Assembly: GCA_045592405.1 (NCBI GenBank)
Contig: JAZNUR010000097.1
Span: 7,220-71,219 of the forward strand
Direction: 5' to 3'
Length of the DNA: 64,000 nucleotides
Origin: Oscillospiraceae bacterium
Lineage (GTDB): Bacteria > Bacillota > Clostridia > Oscillospirales > Ruminococcaceae
A program made the translations under genes and the position numbers. Below, piece after piece: positions 18,967 through 26,916 of the stretch (the stretch's first letter is position 1; every line of letters starts with the position of its first letter). The notes under the pieces are model-generated. The model was not told the DNA's origin, did no database searches, and saw nothing but the letters and a program-made list of their open reading frames with translations.

Positions 18967-19621
18967 ATTTATGATCATCAGCTTTGTATTATCCATCCTC
19001 AATCTCATTGCATCGCTCATTTACATTCCCACACTGCCGGATATTGTACCGACGCATTTCAATGCAAGCTTTGAGGTGGACAGCGTTGGTTCAAAGTGGT
19101 TCGGAGTGATTCTGGCGGTTTTGCCGCTGCTCGTATCATTCGGCATCCTGCTGGAACTCAAACTTCGCAAAAAGGACTACCCGAACCGCAAGGTATTACA
19201 GATCTTCATGCTGATTATTTCTGTTTTTTTCATCTGCATGAACTGGTTCATGCTGCTCACCATGCAGGGTGAAGCGGTCATCGGTGCAAAATACGAACAT
19301 ATGCCGCATCCGGGATACCTGCTGATCATTGCATTCGGGCTGCTGTTCATTGCCATGGGTAATTATATGCCGACCATCTCACAGAACAAGACACTCGGCA
19401 TCAAGATCTCGTGGACGCTCAATAACGAACAGTGCTGGAAACTGACACACCGTTTTGGTGGAAAGGTATTCGTCATTGCAGGGTTCGTGCTTCTCCTCTT
19501 TGCTATCATTGGTATGTTCACAGGCATTACTACGGAATGGCTGCTGCTGGTGTTCCTTGTCATCATGACCGCAGTCATTGTGATTATTTCGGTATATGCG
19601 TATCAGCATAGGAATGACTGA
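18953..19621 (+). CDS. SdpI-family immunity/signal-transduction membrane protein (DUF1648 + SdpI)
   Basis: N-terminal LPDIVPTHFN (DUF1648-like) and C-terminal NKTLGIKISWTLNNEQCWKLTHRFGGKVF (SdpI-like). 222 aa. Confidence 0.75.
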   Translation: MKKSKFMIISFVLSILNLIASLIYIPTLPDIVPTHFNASFEVDSVGSKWFGVILAVLPLLVSFGILLELKLRKKDYPNRKVLQIFMLIISVFFICMNWFMLLTMQGEAVIGAKYEHMPHPGYLLIIAFGLLFIAMGNYMPTISQNKTLGIKISWTLNNEQCWKLTHRFGGKVFVIAGFVLLLFAIIGMFTGITTEWLLLVFLVIMTAVIVIISVYAYQHRND

Positions 19622-19628
19622 TATAACG

Positions 19629-19654
19629 AAAGCCCCTCGGTTGAGGGGCTTTTT
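19629..19654. terminator. Bidirectional terminator between sdpI(+) and GH3(-)
   Basis: AAAGCCCCTC-GGTT-GAGGGGCTTT with flanking A and T runs. Confidence 0.7.
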
Positions 19655-19688
19655 GCTATTCCTGTACATAATAGATGAACAAAATGGA

Positions 19689-22472
19689 TTATTTTGTAAC
19701 ACGCAAACTTCTGATGCAGCAATTATTCCCGAAAGACAGACGAATATCATGACATTCTCCTGTTTGCAGCGGAATCTCATATGCGGAAAAATCCGTATAG
19801 CCGTCAGCCGATTGCACGGCAATCTCTGCAAGAGGTGTATTCGCATCATCCAGAAATACCAGAAGCTTAGCGGGATCAACCGGTGCTGAAGCACGGATAA
19901 TCAGACTTTTGGCGTTTGTCAGATCAACATTCTGATACCGCAGCATACACGTCCATTCCGTACCTCGGATATGAGTTTCACCGCTTACGGGATCGGTATA
20001 GATCTCCGTTGCATCTTCCACATCATAAAGCTGAGCATCCGTTTCCTTTGTAAAATCACGGGGCGGTACAGTTTCGCCCGAAACCGCAATAGTTTTTGCA
20101 AAGCGGATATCTGCGGAGGATGCACCGATCATGATTTCATAATCACCGCTTTCAAGACAGAATCGTTCACGGGATACATCGTAAAATTCCAGTTCTCGCA
20201 GTGGTACGGAAATATCACAGCGAACGGTTTCGCCTGCTTTAATATGAATGCGGCGGAATCCGCAGAGCTGGCGGAGCGGACGGGGAATCCGTTTTGACAA
20301 GGCATGGCAGTACACCTGCACAACTTCATCTCCGTCAATTTCCGAAGCATTTGTTACATCGACGGATACCTGAATTTCCATATTTTTCACTTCATATGAC
20401 GGAGCGTTATATATAAACCGGCTGTAGCTCAAACCATAGCCAAATGGATACTGCGGCACACCGTCAAACCAGCGATAGGTCATCTTGTTTTTCATCACAT
20501 CGTAATCCTTGATGTCAGGCAGATCATCATCACAGGCATACCATGTCTGGGGGCATCTGCCTGCAGGATTGTTCCTGCCAAACAGGGTTTGCACTACCGC
20601 ATTGCCAAGCTCGGGCCCTGCATGGCAGGTGTAAAGTACGGCAGCCGGATGACCCGATGTAAACGGAAGCACAAAGGGATAACTGGATATTATAAGTAAT
20701 ATGAAATTGTCACATTCTCCGGACAGACGCTGCACGGCTTCCCGCTGTACGGGCGGAAGCTCTATGGTTCGTCGGTCATAGCATTCCCTCGCCACCTGAA
20801 GTGGATCGTTTCCTGCACAGTAGATCACCGTATCCGCATTCCTTGCGATTTCTGCAAGACGTTCCGAACCTCGGCTCACCGTACAAACACGGAACATTAC
20901 ACTTTTATCGGGACGGGATCTGCGGCGGACAATCAGCCGATTCTCAGCATCGAGTGTGAACTGCTTTCCATGCAGATAATCGGAAATCACCTGCTTCCCC
21001 GTCAAGCTGTGGGTATCCACATGAAGTGTTTCGGAGGTAAACCATGCATAGACAGTGGTATTACCGTATTCCGGAACGTCATTTCCGGCAACTCTCAGAA
21101 TCCTGCCATCACTGACACTCTTTAAATTCACCCAACGGTGTTCATGGTCATGCAGGCAGTAATAAAACTGTTCGGCAGTTTCCGCATCGGCATCGGCGTA
21201 AAATGCACCGTCCTGCCCAAGTCGCAGGAATTTTCCATTCGGTGCCTCAATCGTGACGATATCCCATCCCTCATCCGTCAATAGCTTGCAGCCTGCTTCC
21301 TCCAAACCTTTCTTTACGGAAATATAGTAGGAGGAAGTTCCTGTATACCAGTCAAGCAAGTTGCAATCAGCATAGGCACCGAGCAAAGCCACGGTTCCTG
21401 TCTTTTCTGGATCAAGGGGCAGAATTCCGTTATTCTCCAGCAGTATCATGCCTTCCTTCGCGGCACGCAGATTCAATGCCCGATCCGCCTGCGTATTTAC
21501 ATCGGCACGGGTAAGGTGGTCAAAAGGCGTGCTTTTATCAAAATGCCCAAGCTGCACTCTGGCTTTTAAAATATTCCCGATGGCACGATCCAGATCGGAT
21601 TCTGTAATCAGTCCCTGTGCAAGTGCTTTTCTTGCAGCTGAATGTACATTTTCCTCCACATCCGTCATACAGTCCGTTCCTGCTTTCAGGCACGCCTGCA
21701 ACGCTTTTGCGTGAGAGTCAAATGACTTGTGAAGGGTGACGTTCTGCGAAAAATCTCCGCCATCTGTTACGACAAATCCAAGTCCCCATTTCTTTTTCAG
21801 GACATTTTCAATATCATGGTTCATCACTGCCGGTGCATGACAAATGTCATTGTACGCTGTCATAATACTCTCCGCACCGCCCCTCTCAATGGAAGGTCTG
21901 AAAGCTGCATAGTAATGTTCAAATTTCAGACGAGGATTGAGATTTGCAGAATCACTCCCCCTATCTTCCTCATGATTATTGGCACAAAAGTGCTTCAGCG
22001 TCGGAATCGTGGCATAGACCTTGCCCTCTCCACGCAATCCCATAGTATAGGCGATGGTCATTTCACCCGTCAGAAACGGATCCTCACCGTAGCATTCCTC
22101 GTTTCTTCCCCATCTCGGATCACGTGAAAGATCAACAGTCGGTCCCCATACCATCAGACCGCCTTTTTTACGTTCATTGTAGTAAGCTCTCGCTTCCCTG
22201 CCGGCAGTTTTACCGATTTCCAACATCATTTCGGGATCAAAGCTTGCCGCCATACCAATGGGCTGCGGAAACACCGTGGAAGGATTTTCGTCCTCACGAT
22301 TCACAAGTCCACGGGCTATTTCATGACCAATATACCATTCCTCGACTCCCAGACGCTCTACGGGCAGCTGATGTGTGGAAAGCATACCGATTTTTTCATC
22401 CAATGTCAGCCTTGACAGCAGATCCAATGCACGTTCGTCCGCCGTCAGCTCCGGATTTTGATACGGAAACAT
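19689..22472 (-). CDS. GH3 beta-glucosidase/beta-xylosidase-type glycoside hydrolase, no signal peptide
   Basis: LTLDEKIGML, KHFCANNHE and GFVVTDGGD (nucleophile region), with an FnIII-like domain and extra C-terminal beta-sandwich region. Start set at MFPYQNPEL (ATG at 22472). Confidence 0.85.
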   Translation of the reverse strand: MFPYQNPELTADERALDLLSRLTLDEKIGMLSTHQLPVERLGVEEWYIGHEIARGLVNREDENPSTVFPQPIGMAASFDPEMMLEIGKTAGREARAYYNERKKGGLMVWGPTVDLSRDPRWGRNEECYGEDPFLTGEMTIAYTMGLRGEGKVYATIPTLKHFCANNHEEDRGSDSANLNPRLKFEHYYAAFRPSIERGGAESIMTAYNDICHAPAVMNHDIENVLKKKWGLGFVVTDGGDFSQNVTLHKSFDSHAKALQACLKAGTDCMTDVEENVHSAARKALAQGLITESDLDRAIGNILKARVQLGHFDKSTPFDHLTRADVNTQADRALNLRAAKEGMILLENNGILPLDPEKTGTVALLGAYADCNLLDWYTGTSSYYISVKKGLEEAGCKLLTDEGWDIVTIEAPNGKFLRLGQDGAFYADADAETAEQFYYCLHDHEHRWVNLKSVSDGRILRVAGNDVPEYGNTTVYAWFTSETLHVDTHSLTGKQVISDYLHGKQFTLDAENRLIVRRRSRPDKSVMFRVCTVSRGSERLAEIARNADTVIYCAGNDPLQVARECYDRRTIELPPVQREAVQRLSGECDNFILLIISSYPFVLPFTSGHPAAVLYTCHAGPELGNAVVQTLFGRNNPAGRCPQTWYACDDDLPDIKDYDVMKNKMTYRWFDGVPQYPFGYGLSYSRFIYNAPSYEVKNMEIQVSVDVTNASEIDGDEVVQVYCHALSKRIPRPLRQLCGFRRIHIKAGETVRCDISVPLRELEFYDVSRERFCLESGDYEIMIGASSADIRFAKTIAVSGETVPPRDFTKETDAQLYDVEDATEIYTDPVSGETHIRGTEWTCMLRYQNVDLTNAKSLIIRASAPVDPAKLLVFLDDANTPLAEIAVQSADGYTDFSAYEIPLQTGECHDIRLSFGNNCCIRSLRVTK

Positions 22473-22493
22473 AGATACACCCCTTTTTATAGC

Positions 22494-22538
22494 AAAAACC
22501 ACGCAGGTAAGGGGTATTTCCGCCCCTTTGCGTGGTTT
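22494..22538 (-). promoter_or_regulatory. Terminator-like hairpin with U5 tract inside the GH3 5' leader
   Basis: Minus-strand RNA reads AAACCACGCAAAGGGG-CGGAAAUA-CCCCUU(ACC)UGCGUGGUUU followed by UUGC. That gives 10 + 6 bp around a 3-nt bulge. It lies between the predicted -10 element and the RBS AAAGGGG. Confidence 0.5.
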
Positions 22539-22559
22539 CTGAATCATTTTATATACCAT

Positions 22560-22588
22560 ATTATAACATACAATTCCATTGTTGTCAA
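22560..22588 (-). promoter_or_regulatory. Sigma-A-type promoter for the GH3 gene
   Basis: Minus strand has TTGACA, a 17-nt spacer, then TATAAT. Confidence 0.55.
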
Positions 22589-22628
22589 TTACCATTTTCT
22601 GCCTGATTGTATTCTGTTTTCTGCTGTC

Positions 22629-22657
22629 TTGACATTTTCAGAGAAGTAATGTAAAAT
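22629..22657 (+). promoter_or_regulatory. Sigma-A-type promoter for luxS
   Basis: TTGACA, a 17-nt spacer, then TAAAAT. Confidence 0.45.
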
Positions 22658-22741
22658 AGAAGTAACACTAACCCCATAATTCTTATTCAATCGGGGCATG
22701 GGGATTCTTACAACACTGTCATCCTGAAAGGAATGGAAATC

Positions 22742-23212
22742 ATGAAGAAAATTGCAAGCTTTACCATTGACCACGACATTCTTGGAAAAGGTATGTACAC
22801 TTCCAGAATCGACGGCGATGTCGTAACCTATGATATCCGTATGAAGCTGCCGAACAATGCGGAAAATGATTATCTGACACCGCCTGCGGCACACACTTTT
22901 GAGCATCTGTTTGCAACCTATGTCCGCAACACAGAATATAGCAAGGATATCGTTTATGTAGGCCCCATGGGCTGTCTGACGGGATTTTATTTTCTTGTGC
23001 GTGATACCCTGACTCCGGAAACCGTGATTCGTCTGACACAGGAATGTTTTGCATTCATTGCGGATTTTAACGGCGAGATCCCCGGCAACAAGCGTGTGGA
23101 ATGCGGCAACTACAGGATGCACGATCTTTTTGGTGCAAAGGAAATTGCAAAAGATATGTGCAAAGTGCTTGACGGTTGGACAGTCGATAGGCTTGTATAT
23201 CCCTCCAAATAA
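22742..23212 (+). CDS. luxS: S-ribosylhomocysteine lyase
   Basis: HTFEHLFA metal-binding motif and LuxS-like sequence throughout. The ATG at 22742 follows GAAAGGAA. Confidence 0.9.
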   Translation: MKKIASFTIDHDILGKGMYTSRIDGDVVTYDIRMKLPNNAENDYLTPPAAHTFEHLFATYVRNTEYSKDIVYVGPMGCLTGFYFLVRDTLTPETVIRLTQECFAFIADFNGEIPGNKRVECGNYRMHDLFGAKEIAKDMCKVLDGWTVDRLVYPSK

Positions 23213-23216
23213 GCAA

Positions 23217-23245
23217 AATCACCCCCGCTGTCAGCGGGGGTGATT
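23217..23245. terminator. Hairpin between luxS(+) and the membrane-protein gene(-)
   Basis: 14-bp arms AATCACCCCCGCTG/CAGCGGGGGTGATT. The U-tract is present only on the minus-strand side. Confidence 0.55.
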
Positions 23246-23254
23246 GCAAATGCT

Positions 23255-23827
23255 TTAATGCTTGCCCAGTATTCTTGGTTTCAGAGAACGGCAATAGATT
23301 TCACGCATTCCGTCCAATCCAAAATCATACATGAGGAAGAATGGGTTAATGGCTCCAAGCATGATGATACTGCCATATTTACCAAAATCCTCAAATGCTT
23401 CCAGCAGATCCTGCAGTCCGAACAGATACACATTGACATAAAAATATGCCACCATACAACCGTTAAACACAAGCAGCTTTACTGCCATCTGCAAGAATTT
23501 CGGGTGGATTCGGTTAAGGTACTTGAACAGAATCGGATAATGTCCGAAAAACATGATGAAAATTAATGCTGCTTCCTTATCATAGGTCACGAACATGGAA
23601 AGCAGACCAACCGCCATATAGGTAAGCAATGCCCAAGGAGTATTGACCTCGGTCACCACGATCAGCATCAGAATACCTGCGATCATCGGAAGCACAAGGT
23701 ACAGTAAAGGGAATACACCCGTCATGAACATGGCAAGCAGGCAGAAGGAGGATACAATTCCGCCCAATGCGACTCGATAGCTGATGTTTTTCAAGAGCAT
23801 CCCCCTTTTCGGATATTTTCTATTCAT
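23255..23827 (-). CDS. Hypothetical polytopic membrane protein
   Basis: 190 aa with about 5 TM segments. No motif I can name. Confidence 0.5.
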   Translation of the reverse strand: MNRKYPKRGMLLKNISYRVALGGIVSSFCLLAMFMTGVFPLLYLVLPMIAGILMLIVVTEVNTPWALLTYMAVGLLSMFVTYDKEAALIFIMFFGHYPILFKYLNRIHPKFLQMAVKLLVFNGCMVAYFYVNVYLFGLQDLLEAFEDFGKYGSIIMLGAINPFFLMYDFGLDGMREIYCRSLKPRILGKH

Positions 23828-23859
23828 ATTGTAGCATTTTCTGTTGATTTTGTCAAGCG

Positions 23860-23882
23860 TTTTTCAGCATTTTGCTGAAAAA
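23860..23882. promoter_or_regulatory. Palindrome TTTTTCAGC-N5-GCTGAAAAA in a divergent intergenic region
   Basis: Perfect 9-bp arms between the divergent membrane-protein and EamA genes. Function unknown. Confidence 0.3.
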
Positions 23883-23911
23883 TGGTAATTCCACGAGAAA
23901 GGAGTCATCCC

Positions 23912-24793
23912 ATGAAATCCAAATATAAGGGCATTTTGCTGATCATTTTATCCGCATTTTTCTTTGCACTTATGAATATGTTTGTTAAGCTTTCGGGAGA
24001 TCTGCCTTCCATCCAGAAAAGCTTCTTCCGTAATTTTATTGCATTCCTGATTGCAATTGCAATTCTGTGTAAAGAAAAGAACAGTTTTCATTTTCAAAAA
24101 GAAACTTTAGGATATCTGCTGCTGCGATCAATTTTCGGCACGGTCGGAATCCTCTGCAATTTCTATGCGATCGACCATCTGGTGCTGTCGGACGCTTCCA
24201 TGCTCAACAAGATGTCCCCCTTCTTTACCATCCTATTCTCCTGGCTCCTACTGAAGGAAAAACTGCGTCCGATGCAGGGAGCAGCAGTACTGACGGCGTT
24301 TATCGGCAGTCTTTTCATCATCAAACCTTCTTTGGATTTTACTGATTTCAAAGGATCGGCAGCCGGTTTCCTCGGCGGTATCTGTGCAGGGGCGGCATAC
24401 TGCATGGTTCGTATCCTCGGACAAAAGGGAGTACCCAAAACATTTATTGTTGCATTCTTTTCCGGATTTTCCTGCATTGTGACACTACCATTCCTGATTC
24501 TGGATTTTCACCCAATGACATGGATGCAGTTGATGACGCTGATTGGTGCAGGGGCGGCAGCCGCAGGCGGACAATTTGCTATTACTTCGGCTTACTGCCA
24601 TGCACCTGCTAAAGAAATTTCCGTGTATGATTATTCGCAGATCATTTTTGCTACGGCACTGGGATTTCTGTTTTTTCAGGAAATACCCGACGGATGGAGC
24701 TTTCTTGGGTATACGATCATTATTTTTGCAGCAATCTGGATGTTCTGGTATAATAATCATCATATTGAAAAAAAAGAAAATGCCACAATATAG
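23912..24793 (+). CDS. EamA/DMT-family transporter
   Basis: Ten-TM architecture built from two EamA repeats. The ATG at 23912 follows AAAGGAG. Confidence 0.8.
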   Translation: MKSKYKGILLIILSAFFFALMNMFVKLSGDLPSIQKSFFRNFIAFLIAIAILCKEKNSFHFQKETLGYLLLRSIFGTVGILCNFYAIDHLVLSDASMLNKMSPFFTILFSWLLLKEKLRPMQGAAVLTAFIGSLFIIKPSLDFTDFKGSAAGFLGGICAGAAYCMVRILGQKGVPKTFIVAFFSGFSCIVTLPFLILDFHPMTWMQLMTLIGAGAAAAGGQFAITSAYCHAPAKEISVYDYSQIIFATALGFLFFQEIPDGWSFLGYTIIIFAAIWMFWYNNHHIEKKENATI

Positions 24794-24910
24794 AGTTTGT
24801 TTCCAAAGAATGGTAAACTCATATTTTGCGGCATATTTCTTTCTTTTGTGTAATCTCCCAGTTCCCTTCTCTAACATTTTGTTAGAGAAATATAATGAAA
24901 TTCGGATGGT

Positions 24911-25861
24911 TTACAGATATTGTAAAAGTTCATCACGGACTGTATCCAGACGGACATCTGTAAATCCGAAATCCATTTCCTTGTAACTCCATGCACAGCG
25001 TGCAATTCCATGCTTTTCAAACACGCTATGAATGGTTTTGTACCACTTGAGAGTATCCTCAGGAGAAATACGATCAATAATGCCGTATTCTCCACAATAA
25101 AGAGTGGTATTATTGCTCTTCGCTGCTTCAATGGCAGGGGCAAACAATTTCTCAAAGTAGTCAGGGGTAATATCGCATTCCTCAAACGCAAAGCGATCTT
25201 CGGGATTGATTGTCGGTGCCCATGTTGCACCCTGATGTGTGAACTCAAGCGGTTCATAACAGTGGAAGTTATACAGGGTGTTATTATCATAGGGGGCATC
25301 CAGATCCTTAACGGCTGGTGCACTATTATTATTGTAACTGCCAACCAGAATGAGTATATCGGGTGCAATGGTACGAATTCTGCGAATGCAGGTGTTGGAA
25401 ATTCTGTTCCATGCTTCAATATAGCAGGGATCCGTTACCTCATTAAGAAGTTCAAATACGACGGATTCTGTGAGGTTTCCGTAACGCTTCGCCATCTCCT
25501 CCCACAAGCGATAAAAACGCTCCTGAAGCACCTCGCTTGCAAAGAAACCCTCTTCCTTTTCTCCGAAATCAAATGAGAAACCGGCTGTTTTATGAAGATC
25601 AAGGACGGTTTTCAGTCCATATTTTTCGCACATTTTCAGTGCCCAGTCAATTCTTTCAAAACCTTCTTCATTGAAACTGCCATTTTCGTTTTCGATGATA
25701 TTGTAATCAAAAGGAATTCTTACATGATCCAATCCCCATGCTGCAATTTTTTCAAAATCTTCCTCTATAATAAAGTGATGCAATCTCTCTTTACTGTAAT
25801 CACATTGCGACAGCCAGCCGCCAAGATTGATCCCCCTGTTAAATCCTTTGCTTTTTAACAT
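24911..25861 (-). CDS. GH5 endoglucanase/cellodextrinase-type glycoside hydrolase, no signal peptide
   Basis: GINLGGWL, FELLNEV (acid/base NE) and YCGEYG (nucleophile E). Start set at MLKSKG, which follows AAGGCGGA. Confidence 0.85.
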   Translation of the reverse strand: MLKSKGFNRGINLGGWLSQCDYSKERLHHFIIEEDFEKIAAWGLDHVRIPFDYNIIENENGSFNEEGFERIDWALKMCEKYGLKTVLDLHKTAGFSFDFGEKEEGFFASEVLQERFYRLWEEMAKRYGNLTESVVFELLNEVTDPCYIEAWNRISNTCIRRIRTIAPDILILVGSYNNNSAPAVKDLDAPYDNNTLYNFHCYEPLEFTHQGATWAPTINPEDRFAFEECDITPDYFEKLFAPAIEAAKSNNTTLYCGEYGIIDRISPEDTLKWYKTIHSVFEKHGIARCAWSYKEMDFGFTDVRLDTVRDELLQYL

Positions 25862-26152
25862 TTTATTTCCGCCTTTCCGAAGGTTCGAATATTTCAATAG
25901 ATTCAGTATATCATAAGGAGTTTTTAGATTATATCAAATTCTTGCTGTTTCTATCAAAATTCTATCCAATAAAATTTTGAACTAATCGCAATTCAATGAC
26001 AAAAATGACAAACTTTTGATATTTATCGCTTAAAAATCATGCTATTATTTTATCATAAGAAAGCATATCTATTTCAGTTTGTCGGATATTTTATCAATTC
26101 TTCTTGTTTTTTTCAGTTGTTTGATGTAAAATATAAGTAAGGAGATGATAGT

Positions 26153-26884
26153 ATGGACATAGAAAAGAAGCTTTCTCATGTAGAATTTCTGAATAGGGAG
26201 TATAATGTTTCACACCTGTCGTATGACAGGGAGATTGCATTTTTCCAAAGCATCAAACTTGGAAATCTCGATGAAGTAAGAAAGCTATACAAACCGCTGG
26301 CAAGTGAGCAGATGGGACGACTCAGTGAAGACTCACTGCGTAATCTGAAATACCATCTGGTCATAACAGTCGCTCTGATTACCCGTTACTGTATTGAGGG
26401 CGGCATGGAAATGGAAACAGCCTATAATCTGAGTGATATTTACATTCAGAGTATCGACAAGTGCCATCATGAAAAAGAAATCCATATGCTCCATCGTGAG
26501 CTTGTGGAGGACTATGCCCAGCGAATGATGATACTTCATAAAGAAACGTTGTATCCCAAACCAATTATTATTGTGCTGGATTACATTTACGACAATCTAC
26601 ATACAAAAATCACATTGGATACGCTTGCAGAAACAGCCGGGTTGAGCCCGTCCTACCTTTCACGTTTATTCCGCAGGGAAGTTGGTCTGACGATTTCAGA
26701 GTATATCATGAAGAAGAGGTTAGAAACAGCGGAGAATATGCTGAAATATTCAGACCATTCCTGCATTGACATTTCGAATTATCTTTGTTTTAGTTCGGAA
26801 AGTCATTTTATCCAGACGTTCAGAAAGCATACGGGCTATACCCCAAAAACTTATCGCCAGAAATTCTTCAGAAAAAAAGAGTGA
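26153..26884 (+). CDS. AraC-family transcriptional regulator
   Basis: C-terminal double HTH ([21 protein letters not shown] ... [21 protein letters not shown]). RBS AAGGAG. Confidence 0.85.
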   Translation: MDIEKKLSHVEFLNREYNVSHLSYDREIAFFQSIKLGNLDEVRKLYKPLASEQMGRLSEDSLRNLKYHLVITVALITRYCIEGGMEMETAYNLSDIYIQSIDKCHHEKEIHMLHRELVEDYAQRMMILHKETLYPKPIIIVLDYIYDNLHTKITLDTLAETAGLSPSYLSRLFRREVGLTISEYIMKKRLETAENMLKYSDHSCIDISNYLCFSSESHFIQTFRKHTGYTPKTYRQKFFRKKE

Positions 26885-26916
26885 TGAAACCATTTTATCC
26901 CAAAAGGAGGATTATC

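Noticed and set aside
22670-22715. Small hairpin (CCCCA...GGGG) in the luxS leader, considered as a possible SAM/SAH-type riboswitch
   Set aside because: It is too short, and I found no conserved riboswitch core sequences. It is probably incidental structure.
24867-24889. Hairpin TTCTCTAAC-ATTTT-GTTAGAGAA between the convergent EamA and GH5 genes
   Set aside because: It is plausibly a weak bidirectional terminator, but it lacks U-tracts on both sides. I did not list it as a feature.
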